From an uncultured virus (IMG/VR IMGVR_UViG_3300008262_000044) (Duplodnaviria; Heunggongvirae; Uroviricota; Caudoviricetes): a stretch of DNA of 20,000 nt. The position numbers were made by a program, and so were the translations under genes. Within the stretch, counting starts at the first letter, position 1; each line of letters begins with the position of its first letter. The notes beneath the pieces were generated by a model. The model was not told the DNA's origin. It saw nothing but the letters and a program-made list of their open reading frames with translations, and made no database searches. This document shows positions 8,101-16,317 of this stretch, piece by piece. Where the stretch lies: IMG/VR virus record IMGVR_UViG_3300008262_000044; one strand, 5' to 3'.

Positions 8101-11100
8101 CCGCCCCTAGGTGCACCAGATGCAGTATTATTAACAAAATACTGGCGTCCATCAACCAGACCGTTAATTACACGACCACCGGCCCATACTCTATAAATTA
8201 CTCTGTCACCAGTTACTAAACCGTGTGAAGTAAAATTAATACGATCCGATGAAGCTAACACTGTAGCTGCTGAGCTACCGTTAACAATTAAATCTCTGGC
8301 TACAATTGTTGCTAGTCCACCCGATAAGCTTTCGCCAAATACCTGATCTGTAGTAAATGTATGGGCTCCGGCACTTCCTAAACTTGCAAATCTAGTAATA
8401 GCAATTCCTGCCAATGCATTTGCTTTGGTAGTTGCTAATTGGAAACTGTCTAAACCGGTTCTAATTACATAATATGCAGTATTATTGATTAGACTATTAT
8501 AAGTGTTGTTACCTGTTGGAGGAACTGTACCTTCACCAATAGCGTTGGCTAATGCTCCTTTTGAGTAGGTTACTTTGGTACCAGTATTAAATCCATGATT
8601 TGTAATTTGGAATTCACCGGTTTCCATTTGTAGATAATCTGCAGGTTCAAAGTAGAATATTCTATTTGAAACTGTAGTACCTATCGGTAAAGCAATAGTA
8701 TTATTTCCAACGCTGGTAGCAGTATAACCGCCATCTAAAGTTCCAGTAGACGATACATCTTCAAAAGTATGGTCAATAGCACTGCTGGCTAAACCTTGGA
8801 TAGGAACAGCATTATAGAAATGTATAAATGTCCAGTTAGTACCTGCAGTTGTAATATCAATTGGGAATCCTGCATAAGCCAATGCCGGTGTCAATGCTAA
8901 TCCAAATGTATTCGCATTAAAGATAATTGCAAAATAAACTACACCGTTACCTGCGCTAACACCTGTAGCAACACCGCCTGTGGTTGCAGCAACAGTTACA
9001 GTTTCACCTGCTTTTAAGTTATGAGTAGTAACAGTCCACCAATCGTTGGTAGCATCACCGGCACCGGCTGTAAGTTGTCTACTACGTCCAGCTTCTGTTT
9101 CAAATAGTTGGAAACTTCCGTATAGTTTTTCAACTAATGCTCCTTCTACAATAGCAGCAGCAGTTGTTGCTCGTTGTGCTCTGGTAACTGTTAGTGTAGT
9201 ACCTGAAATGTTAGTAATTAAAATAAACTCGGTACCTACTTTAATAGTGTCACCTATTGCTAATCCAGTGTTGGTAGTAATTGTCAAACTAGTTGCAACA
9301 GCAGTTGCAGCACTTAATGTTCCAGATATATTCCATAGAATAGTATTATTAACATTTCTAACAATATATTGTGTGTTGTTAACAAGACCAGGGTATCCAG
9401 ACAGGCCGCTACCTAAATCAAGTCCGCCGTTATTTTTATAACGAATAACAGCACCATCAACAAACACCTGATCTTGAATAGGTACTACAAATCTGTTGGC
9501 GTAAATGTTTTGAACAAATGGTGCAGTAAATGCCATTGGTGTACAAGCATTAGTTGTTTGAACAATTCCGCTTAACTGTACTGTTGGGTTACCTGTTGGT
9601 AACGCAGCCGATAACAGATGAACCTTAAAGATATCATTGGTGATTGGAACCATGTAGTACTGACTACCGCTGGTCAATCCAGGAATAACCTGTGTAGGCT
9701 GTGTTAGATATGTACGAATTCTTGGCCAGTTAGCACCAGTTGCATCAGTTACTGTGTCAAATAGTGGACCAGGATAATCTGGGCCAGTAGGATATACACC
9801 CTGTGATGCAATTCCTGTAACTAAATCAGTGGATCCTGAAAGATTTCCAACACGTTGATTTGTCTGTACTCCGCCGTGATTTGCTAGGAAGAAGCTGTTG
9901 CTAAATGGATTTTCATCAATTGCGCAGCAGAAAAATCTTCCGCCACCCGTAACACCTGTGCCACCGACACCAGAGGTAATTGTACCGCCACTAAAGTCAA
10001 CTGGTGAGCCTGTAGGAGTTAAGCTAATAGAAAATTCTACAACACCGTCACCAGTCCATACATTTCTTACATAGTAATATTGAAAAGCACCAAAAGTATT
10101 GGCACTGGTAGTCACACCAGTTGGCGCAGATGAACCAGTACCTAATTTTAGAATAATTTTTTGTCCTTCGTAGATATTTGCTGGCACAGTTTGATATTGA
10201 GAGATAACACGATCACGTGCTGCTCCGCTTCCACCTGTTGCTGTTGCAGTAAATGTGTTTACAGTAAATCCTGGCTGAATACACATAAAACCGCCTGCAA
10301 TTGTGGTCAATGCACTAAAGTCAAGTTTACTACCAGAAGTTGCACTGGCGTAAGGTCCTGTTGCTACTGAAACGTTTTCACCCCAAAATAGTTCAAATGA
10401 GTCAGCGTCTACTCTATTGACAAAATAGATTGCATCACCTGTAGGAACGTTAGTTCCACCACTATTGGCTTGCCCATAGTTTTGAAAAATTACTGGCTCA
10501 CCAGTTTCTAAACCGTGATTTTTAATGTAGATTGCATCGCTATTGGCAGTAATACCGCAGTGTTGCAGAGTAAACCATTTACCAGTTTTAGATCTCCAAT
10601 CGTCAATAGACGCACGATGTCTATTCCAAAGCGGATCTTCATGTAGTTGTGCTCTAATACCGAATCCTGTTACAGCATCATATCTGTTAAAACTGGTTGT
10701 ACCATTGCCACCAGAATTTAATACAGTGTAAACTTGACTGGCAGTTGCATTGATATCAACACCAGCTGCATTGGTTGGTCCCTGCATTCTAAAAGTAGTG
10801 CCATTTCTATCAAAACTGGTAGAGATAACTCTAAATACACCGTTTAATGCTGCAACATCTGCCCCGCTAACTGTAATTTGCTGTTTAGGAAAAATATTAA
10901 GTCCTTGACATGTATTTCCAGCTGTTAATGTAACAATATAAACTGAAGTTGCATTAACTGATTCAATAGAAGCAATATTAGGAATTACATCAGTACCGCG
11001 TCTAAACAATGCAAATGTATGAGTACCTGATCCAATACCGTTAAAAACTAATTGACTTGTATCGGCATATGCATCTTTTGGGTTCATGTATAACTTGAAA

Positions 11101-12539
11101 GTATCTGGTCCTGTTACATTAACAAACATAAATTTGCCCAATGTAGCACTTACCGCAGTACCGTATTGTGGTATTTGACCACCAGCATAGTTGAACCATG
11201 TAGATGCATTAGCATTGACCTGAGGCAACACTCCAGCTGGGCTAACACCAACATAAGCCACCATGTCTCCAGTTACTAGACCGTGTTTAGCCATAGTAAT
11301 TACGCCTGTTGAAATGTTAATATCAAGCTGAGTAATATTTCTTCTGATTGAACCGGTGTGGAATGGCTCAGTTGGATTAAAATAGCCAGTTCCGTAACTG
11401 GTTGCTGTATATGATACCGCACTACCGTTGGTATTTGATTGACTGATTGTATACGTACCAGTACCGCCTACTCCAGTACCGAATGCAGTAATGATACAGC
11501 CCGGAGTAAATGTTCCACCAGTAATAACAGATCCAATAGTTAACACTCCACTGGTCAATACTGTAACGGTCAGTGTTGTTGTACTAGTAGTGGCTGTAAA
11601 CACAGCGTTTGTTCCTGCTAAAGTTATACGATCGTCAACTTCGCCTGTTCCTGTAGTTAAAGAAACTGGATTAAAATCTAATTTTAAATTAGCAAGACTG
11701 TTTACCAAATAGAATGTACTGTTTGCTGGAAAGCCATGTCTTTGTTCAGTGTAGGCTGTTAAGGTACTAGGATTAGAACCGTTAGTAACTAACATACCTG
11801 TGGTGTTTGCAACAGAATTATCTAAATCTACTTGCGATCCTACATAGAATCTACCCAATGTAATTGTTACATATGGAGTAAAAATACTAGCCGGAACGGC
11901 AACATTACCTGGTTGAACAGCACGAGCTTCGTAAGTGAATGTTAAATCTGTAGTTCTTTTAACTACAAATGTACCTTCAGCAGACGGAGAACCTACTCCT
12001 CTTACATCAATAGGAATACCAGTAACAATACCGTGTGCAACACTGGTTGTTACTGTTACAATTCTTGTACCACTGGTTGTGATGCCAACAATGTTTGTTA
12101 ACGGAGTATCACCTAAAATGCTATGGAACGCTGGAACTTCATTCATGCGCTCTACGGTTTCCCACTTGGTAGATTGCAAACCGTATTCAAAGTCCGTATC
12201 AATAAGTGTGTTTGGTTGTGAAACACGCATCTTAGATACAGGATCTGTAAATGTCGGGCTTGGTTCTATTTCGTTGAAATCTTGTTCAATGAAAATCTGT
12301 AGATTATCACCAGCAAGCATTGCTGCACAATCGTATTGTAAAACAAACGTAGTTGTATCGTTTGCAGTACTATAAGTTGCACTGATAATTTTCTTTGTAG
12401 TATCAGCAAAGTTAAACAAAATAATGTTTTTTGTAACGTTTGTGATTAACAACACCCTTTTAGGTGAAACGTTACCATCGACCGTGATAGAATCTGATCC
12501 CGGTGTAAATGTATAATTGAAAACTAGTGTCTTAGCCAT
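5124..12539 (-). CDS. Giant (2471 aa) mosaic virion structural / fibre-associated protein with many HxLxTGxxVxY repeat modules
   Basis: ORF track. AAGGA SD upstream. G/T/N/V-rich beta-type composition. Repeated HG(L/F)xTG(D/E/T)xVxY...YYV...FxL modules, one CBM5/12-like module and a C-terminal core (RYQSGKG...GMFDDQNG...DGTGPSG...IDYSWYGAG...YMRSGNLPARYEI...WKE). Confidence 0.9.
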   Translation of the reverse strand: MAKTLVFNYTFTPGSDSITVDGNVSPKRVLLITNVTKNIILFNFADTTKKIISATYSTANDTTTFVLQYDCAAMLAGDNLQIFIEQDFNEIEPSPTFTDPVSKMRVSQPNTLIDTDFEYGLQSTKWETVERMNEVPAFHSILGDTPLTNIVGITTSGTRIVTVTTSVAHGIVTGIPIDVRGVGSPSAEGTFVVKRTTDLTFTYEARAVQPGNVAVPASIFTPYVTITLGRFYVGSQVDLDNSVANTTGMLVTNGSNPSTLTAYTEQRHGFPANSTFYLVNSLANLKLDFNPVSLTTGTGEVDDRITLAGTNAVFTATTSTTTLTVTVLTSGVLTIGSVITGGTFTPGCIITAFGTGVGGTGTYTISQSNTNGSAVSYTATSYGTGYFNPTEPFHTGSIRRNITQLDINISTGVITMAKHGLVTGDMVAYVGVSPAGVLPQVNANASTWFNYAGGQIPQYGTAVSATLGKFMFVNVTGPDTFKLYMNPKDAYADTSQLVFNGIGSGTHTFALFRRGTDVIPNIASIESVNATSVYIVTLTAGNTCQGLNIFPKQQITVSGADVAALNGVFRVISTSFDRNGTTFRMQGPTNAAGVDINATASQVYTVLNSGGNGTTSFNRYDAVTGFGIRAQLHEDPLWNRHRASIDDWRSKTGKWFTLQHCGITANSDAIYIKNHGLETGEPVIFQNYGQANSGGTNVPTGDAIYFVNRVDADSFELFWGENVSVATGPYASATSGSKLDFSALTTIAGGFMCIQPGFTVNTFTATATGGSGAARDRVISQYQTVPANIYEGQKIILKLGTGSSAPTGVTTSANTFGAFQYYYVRNVWTGDGVVEFSISLTPTGSPVDFSGGTITSGVGGTGVTGGGRFFCCAIDENPFSNSFFLANHGGVQTNQRVGNLSGSTDLVTGIASQGVYPTGPDYPGPLFDTVTDATGANWPRIRTYLTQPTQVIPGLTSGSQYYMVPITNDIFKVHLLSAALPTGNPTVQLSGIVQTTNACTPMAFTAPFVQNIYANRFVVPIQDQVFVDGAVIRYKNNGGLDLGSGLSGYPGLVNNTQYIVRNVNNTILWNISGTLSAATAVATSLTITTNTGLAIGDTIKVGTEFILITNISGTTLTVTRAQRATTAAAIVEGALVEKLYGSFQLFETEAGRSRQLTAGAGDATNDWWTVTTHNLKAGETVTVAATTGGVATGVSAGNGVVYFAIIFNANTFGLALTPALAYAGFPIDITTAGTNWTFIHFYNAVPIQGLASSAIDHTFEDVSSTGTLDGGYTATSVGNNTIALPIGTTVSNRIFYFEPADYLQMETGEFQITNHGFNTGTKVTYSKGALANAIGEGTVPPTGNNTYNSLINNTAYYVIRTGLDSFQLATTKANALAGIAITRFASLGSAGAHTFTTDQVFGESLSGGLATIVARDLIVNGSSAATVLASSDRINFTSHGLVTGDRVIYRVWAGGRVINGLVDGRQYFVNNTASGAPRGGGGASAANNFSLHNTWVGAYTNTDLVDLVGVGLGTVHQFKVSNPTLRGTIYRGEWNASDTYVYGDVVLYNNTYFMSLTSANTGASQVPVSLTTNLDNLSWLRVPTLPSYSTRFLVSYRGGNTVKVSNQIPKRTIYFNANTAPSVANDTITITAHRLLTGDAVRYEIDAIGGNHAGTTPAVGTQSQVINTAGATSYQTPIGGLVANRIYYVNRQDANNITLHNTYAEAIEGGSGGGAVATQTAVNITAVAPTGNAAHRFAVIENVTYEMNVLSVVNDQEMIVTDPFTARQIQFNPQGSFVGVASLQIDVVNLDTDEIYLPDHNLYTGTKVVYTFGLPNSGTVMAGLTDGTSYYVIRKTKDIIQLATNEDNALRMIPVDITTRGTGFQHYLIASTVLGSSYIRYDNTGALTTNAPTGTIFFTGQQGSNVRNGVLLALPIIQETELYVRPDCTNVHRPFDGGVEINASTSPNVSIVRQTRKYFRYQSGKGLQYSTGVNFSPSIDVNRITHDGTTYATVKTRRPHKLVATNRIKIEQVVVGSGSATPYTTPAGGLGYFTVFDVVDDFTFRYATNGVPGDLTPGGFPNLFVTEWSDALVRAGMFDDQNGLFYEYNGQALGCVRRSATGQLGGTAAINNRGRLVTGSDTNFTKQLAAGDVIVIRGQTMKVVVVVSNTELHVTPRYRGVTVSGAVITKVVDTKVNQSSWSLDKCDGTGPSGFVLDVNRMQMAYIDYSWYGAGKVRFGFKGPDGKVIYVHEFIHNNREVEAYMRSGNLPARYEIKNGAAPTYAPSLYHWGASVIMDGTFEDDKAYLFTLATGSGGSDTISIPANTSGTTITPILSLRLAPSVDSSIVGALGDRDIINRMSITLQQVGIVVQNTNSRPASVRLILNGALSQQAYFANFGTPSLTQVIKHTGQATDSIVGGVTIYEFRATASTAGNVTVQDLNELVDLGNSVLGGDYVFPNGPDVLSVCMVPTDTSAVTSVTARITWKESQA

Positions 12540-12558
12540 TTATTTCTATCCTTTTTAA

Positions 12559-12565
12559 TATTTAT
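12559..12565 (-). promoter_or_regulatory. Putative late promoter ATAAATA overlapping the upstream stop codon
   Basis: GGA TAA ATA on the minus strand, 19 nt before ATG at 12539. Confidence 0.55.
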
Positions 12566-15500
12566 CCGCCTAACGCAATGGCGTAAGCGATCGAGTTAAC
12601 GTTTGTTTGCGTATTGTTTGTATCAACATACGATTTAACTGCTGCCTCTGTTGGAACTGCTGAATTTGAATTTCCGCTTAGTGTGGTGTCTGATGAAAAT
12701 TCGTTAACCAATTCACCTAACTGAGCTCCAATACTACCTAATCTTAAACTGGTCAAACCGCTTAGATCGAATGCACTTGCATTTAACGTTGCTTTACCAG
12801 TTGCTTGATCGACTTTAAAGTATTCACCAACTCTGAAATTACCATCTTGGTCTGTTGTAACATAATAAACACGACCCGGATATGTTTCAATAACTTCATT
12901 TACTTGTGATGCTGCTTGTGAAGGAACACCTGGGTAATTAGTAGTACTAATGCCACCGGTACCAACACTTAAAAAGTCGTGACCTGTTAGTCTGACTGTA
13001 CTAAATCTGTATCTTAGAGTAACTGCGGTAGTATCTGCGCTTGCTGTTAATTTTTCTGTTGTTAAAATTACCAACGCATAACCTGCAGGTTTATAACCAC
13101 TACCACCTGCTGAATAATCAGCAACCGTTTGAATAATATATGGTTGAGAATCGCCGGCAATTGTAATACTGCCACCTGGTCTAGGTTCAGAACTAAATCC
13201 AGATAATGCTAATACAAATCCTTTCTGTCCTGTTACACCGCCGGTGGCAATAACTGCGCTTACTCCAGAACCATTTGAAACAGTTTCGCCTGCTTGGAAT
13301 GTATTAGATACTGCTTTATAATAAATTCTGCTAACACCCTCTTGCGAACTCAATACCGTTCCAGTGGCTCCTGATACACTACCAGTAATTGTCTGCCCTG
13401 GACTAAACGAACCGCCAACGATACTTTGATATGTAATTAGTCCGCCATGCAATACACCAGTCACCGGAGTTTCAAATGTATCAAATCCTTCTGATGCTGA
13501 TCCATAAGTTCCGTAACTATTATTACCGTTTAATGCACGAATTTGACCACCGTCTGATGAAGCATATCCAAACACACAATAATAAGTGAACACAGAAACT
13601 AGTTCTGCTTTAGCTGCATGTCTGGTCCAGACTCCAACACCCCCATCGTTGATACATGTAAAGTTACTTAGGACCATTGATTTATTGCCGGTATTATGAA
13701 CTCCGCCGTCAATTAACGCACCAATGCCTGCGGTAGAAAATGTAGTAACATCCTGAATATATGGACTCTTAGTAGTTACAGGACTGTCAGGATTTAGTGC
13801 AAAGAATACACCGCCTCTAGTCGCTGCTTCAATACTAGTTGGTGTTCCGCCACTTATTGCAAACCCGTTCATGCCTGTACAATTTAGATCTTTTACCATC
13901 GAAGCATTACTCATTAAGAACATAGTTGTTCTACTGTTCAATGTTGATCCGTCTGTACTAGTTCCTGCGGCTGCTGTTACAGTAGTAGTTCTTACACCGT
14001 CGCCAACGATTGAAACGCTAGCCGGTACTACAATAGGTAGTTGTTCTGTATAAGTTCCGCTCTTAACATAAATTGTTGCGGGTCCAGTGACTTGTGTGCA
14101 GGCATATCTAATAGATGCAAATGCACGATTCAGTGTTCTGCCGTTATTACTATTACTACCTTCGGGAGTGACATAATAGACATTTGCTGTTTGATTATTA
14201 TTTTCGTATCCAGGAATTCCAGCTGCACTGGCTACCAAAATTTGACCATTAGTACCAATTGGTAATCTTGCTACTGAGCCAGCCGAGTTTCTAAAATAAG
14301 TATCGCCCGTGGTTGTTAAAACAGGACCTAAGTCACCTGTTTGAGCAACTAGCTGCCACGAACCGGGCGACGAAACTGGATCGTTTCCAATATTATCACT
14401 AACAATAGAAATATACGAACTCTGTAAGTATGAAACAACATCATCTAAATCATATTCAGTGCCGGCACTCCAAGTGCCCATCCATTTCATACCAGAACTT
14501 AATAGTTCCCAGTATGTAGCATTTGGTGGTTCAATATTGGTTGCGTTATCTGATGTGTGCGCTAGGATACAAAGATAAACACGACCACCGTATCTAACAG
14601 CTTCGCCTGGTTTGTAAGCTGTAGCGTTTGCGTAATTTCCCACAAACGATAAACCGTCGACAAATTTTGTCCAATATGTGGCATTTGTCGGAACTTGGTT
14701 TGTTGCTGTTAAAATATTAACATATACATGTCCGCCGTATTTTACTAAATCTCCTGGAACATACGGATGTGCTGGAGCTCCTGTCCATATTCCTCTAAAC
14801 TGGAATCCTTTGGCAAATAAATCCCATTTGGTATTATCTGATGGTTCTTGATTAATTGCTACATCAACTTTGGCTGCATAGATACTACCACCATAATCAA
14901 CTAATTCACCTGGTTTATAAGTACCGGCAGTACTGTAAGTACCAACGTAAGTATAACCTTTAACTAGTACATCCCAATAGGTTGCATTAGTTGGAAGATT
15001 TCCTGTAGTGGTTTGTTTTGCAATATATTGGTATCCGCCGTATTGAACAACTTCCCCAATATTATAAGTTGTTCCGCCGGCATAAGTGCCGCTAAATTTA
15101 GAGCCAGTATTAAGCGTATCCCAGAAAGTTGCATTACTTGGAGCATTGCCTGTGGTATCTTGTTTGGCAACGAACGTATGTGCTCCAAAACTAACAATAT
15201 CACCTTTTCTATATGCAGTCCCTCCTGCGTAAGCACCTCTAAATTGAACACCGGTTGTGATTGCAGTCCAGTATACTGGATCAGTTGGCAAATTCCCTAA
15301 TGTGGTCTGTACTGCTACATATGAGTTTGAACCGTATGTTACAACGTCACCTGGTTGATATGAAGTGCCTCCAGCATATGCTCCTTCAAATTGTAGACCA
15401 GACGCAAATAATGTGAACTTAGCTACATCAAATGTTGATGTACTAGTGTGATGTAAATTACAGATGTATAACTGTCCGCCATAACTAACAACATCGTTAA

Positions 15501-15906
15501 CTTTATATCTTACAGCAGAAGACCATGCACCGCCAAATGCAATACCGTCTACTAAAACTTCCCAGTTGGCAGAGTTTTGTTCTAGTCCCAGTGCAGCGGT
15601 AGCAGCAGAAGTGTGACCAGTAATACAAATATAAGCGCGGCCTCCGTACTTGACTACGTCGGCAACTTTATAATATGTACTGGTCGCCCACGCTTGTGCC
15701 CACTGAATACCGTCATTCATTAACTGCCATCTAGTGGATAAATCGCTATAAAAGCCCCCTGCTACGGTTGCAGATGATGTGTGACTTGATACGCACACAT
15801 AAGCCTTGCCACCATATCTTACAATATCGTCTTTAACATATGCAGTAGATGTTGTCCATGTATTCTTCCATACAAAACGCAATCTACCTAATTTAAACTC
15901 TGCCAT
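12562..15906 (-). CDS. Tail fibre / tailspike-like protein, 1114 aa: ten CBM5/12(ChtBD3)-like repeats, fibre linker, pectin-lyase-like beta-helix, -AYAIALGG C-terminus
   Basis: ORF track. GAGGA SD. Repeats of FxGx(W/Y)xxxxxYxxxDxVxYGGxxYx(C/A)...W. Linker LTTTGDTYFR...RLPIGTNGQIL. NVYYVTPEGSNSNNGRTLNRAFASIRYAC...TIYVKSGTYTEQLPIVVPASVSIVGDG is a typical start of a right-handed beta-helix. Confidence 0.85.
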   Translation of the reverse strand: MAEFKLGRLRFVWKNTWTTSTAYVKDDIVRYGGKAYVCVSSHTSSATVAGGFYSDLSTRWQLMNDGIQWAQAWATSTYYKVADVVKYGGRAYICITGHTSAATAALGLEQNSANWEVLVDGIAFGGAWSSAVRYKVNDVVSYGGQLYICNLHHTSTSTFDVAKFTLFASGLQFEGAYAGGTSYQPGDVVTYGSNSYVAVQTTLGNLPTDPVYWTAITTGVQFRGAYAGGTAYRKGDIVSFGAHTFVAKQDTTGNAPSNATFWDTLNTGSKFSGTYAGGTTYNIGEVVQYGGYQYIAKQTTTGNLPTNATYWDVLVKGYTYVGTYSTAGTYKPGELVDYGGSIYAAKVDVAINQEPSDNTKWDLFAKGFQFRGIWTGAPAHPYVPGDLVKYGGHVYVNILTATNQVPTNATYWTKFVDGLSFVGNYANATAYKPGEAVRYGGRVYLCILAHTSDNATNIEPPNATYWELLSSGMKWMGTWSAGTEYDLDDVVSYLQSSYISIVSDNIGNDPVSSPGSWQLVAQTGDLGPVLTTTGDTYFRNSAGSVARLPIGTNGQILVASAAGIPGYENNNQTANVYYVTPEGSNSNNGRTLNRAFASIRYACTQVTGPATIYVKSGTYTEQLPIVVPASVSIVGDGVRTTTVTAAAGTSTDGSTLNSRTTMFLMSNASMVKDLNCTGMNGFAISGGTPTSIEAATRGGVFFALNPDSPVTTKSPYIQDVTTFSTAGIGALIDGGVHNTGNKSMVLSNFTCINDGGVGVWTRHAAKAELVSVFTYYCVFGYASSDGGQIRALNGNNSYGTYGSASEGFDTFETPVTGVLHGGLITYQSIVGGSFSPGQTITGSVSGATGTVLSSQEGVSRIYYKAVSNTFQAGETVSNGSGVSAVIATGGVTGQKGFVLALSGFSSEPRPGGSITIAGDSQPYIIQTVADYSAGGSGYKPAGYALVILTTEKLTASADTTAVTLRYRFSTVRLTGHDFLSVGTGGISTTNYPGVPSQAASQVNEVIETYPGRVYYVTTDQDGNFRVGEYFKVDQATGKATLNASAFDLSGLTSLRLGSIGAQLGELVNEFSSDTTLSGNSNSAVPTEAAVKSYVDTNNTQTNVNSIAYAIALGG
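14335..15906 (-). repeat. Ten tandem protein-level repeats (most 49-55 aa), CBM5/12-like
   Basis: Ten units counted in residues 1-524, each ending near W/F-x5-G, e.g. LQFEGAYAGGTSYQPGDVVTYGSNSYVA...YWTAITTG and VQFRGAYAGGTAYRKGDIVSFGAHTFVA...FWDTLNTG. Divergent at DNA level. Confidence 0.85.
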
Positions 15907-15927
15907 GGTTAATCCTCGTTAATTTTA

Positions 15928-15934
15928 TATTTAT
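15928..15934 (-). promoter_or_regulatory. Putative late promoter ATAAATA overlapping the upstream stop codon
   Basis: CAA TAA ATA on the minus strand, 21 nt before ATG at 15906. Confidence 0.55.
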
Positions 15935-16305
15935 TGTCCAACATCTACTAAACTATAATCGTATTTTTTATTGATACGTGCTACTAGTTCACCATTCTCA
16001 TTGATATAATAATAAATGTTACGCTCGTCCCACTTATATTGATCAAAATATAAATTTGGGTATGGTTTTGTTTTATCTTCTAATGTACCATCAAAAAAAT
16101 CAACACCAAATTCAAAATCATTAAAATTTTCGTCAAACGGTCCGGCAACATTAATAGGAACTATATCGTCTCCCAAGACCTGGTCAACTTTACTTAAAAA
16201 AATGTTACCTTCTGCATCGCGACGAAGTCCGTAAAAATATCTAATATTACCTTCACCAAGCATTGAGCCTAGATCTGGTGCGCCAACGTAATATGTTTGA
16301 CTCAT
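15931..16305 (-). CDS. Hypothetical phage protein, 124 aa (acidic, aromatic-rich; likely structural adaptor)
   Basis: ORF track. SD AAGGA overlaps the upstream stop. Fills the gap in a tightly packed operon. Confidence 0.8.
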   Translation of the reverse strand: MSQTYYVGAPDLGSMLGEGNIRYFYGLRRDAEGNIFLSKVDQVLGDDIVPINVAGPFDENFNDFEFGVDFFDGTLEDKTKPYPNLYFDQYKWDERNIYYYINENGELVARINKKYDYSLVDVGQ

Positions 16306-16317
16306 TTTTATAATTCC

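Noticed and set aside
5124..12539. Inteins or introns as the cause of the insertions
   Set aside because: No C/S...HN-C/S/T splice motifs, homing-endonuclease motifs or frame interruptions seen. The inserts are structural-type beta or helical modules.
14964..15251. 95-aa minus-strand ORF overlapping the 1114-aa gene in another frame
   Set aside because: Wholly nested out of frame in a repeat-coding region, with no SD or slippery site noticed. Treated as a shadow ORF.
14335..15906. CRISPR array or DNA tandem repeat
   Set aside because: The ~150-nt periodicity exists at protein level only, with no identical direct repeats or spacers.
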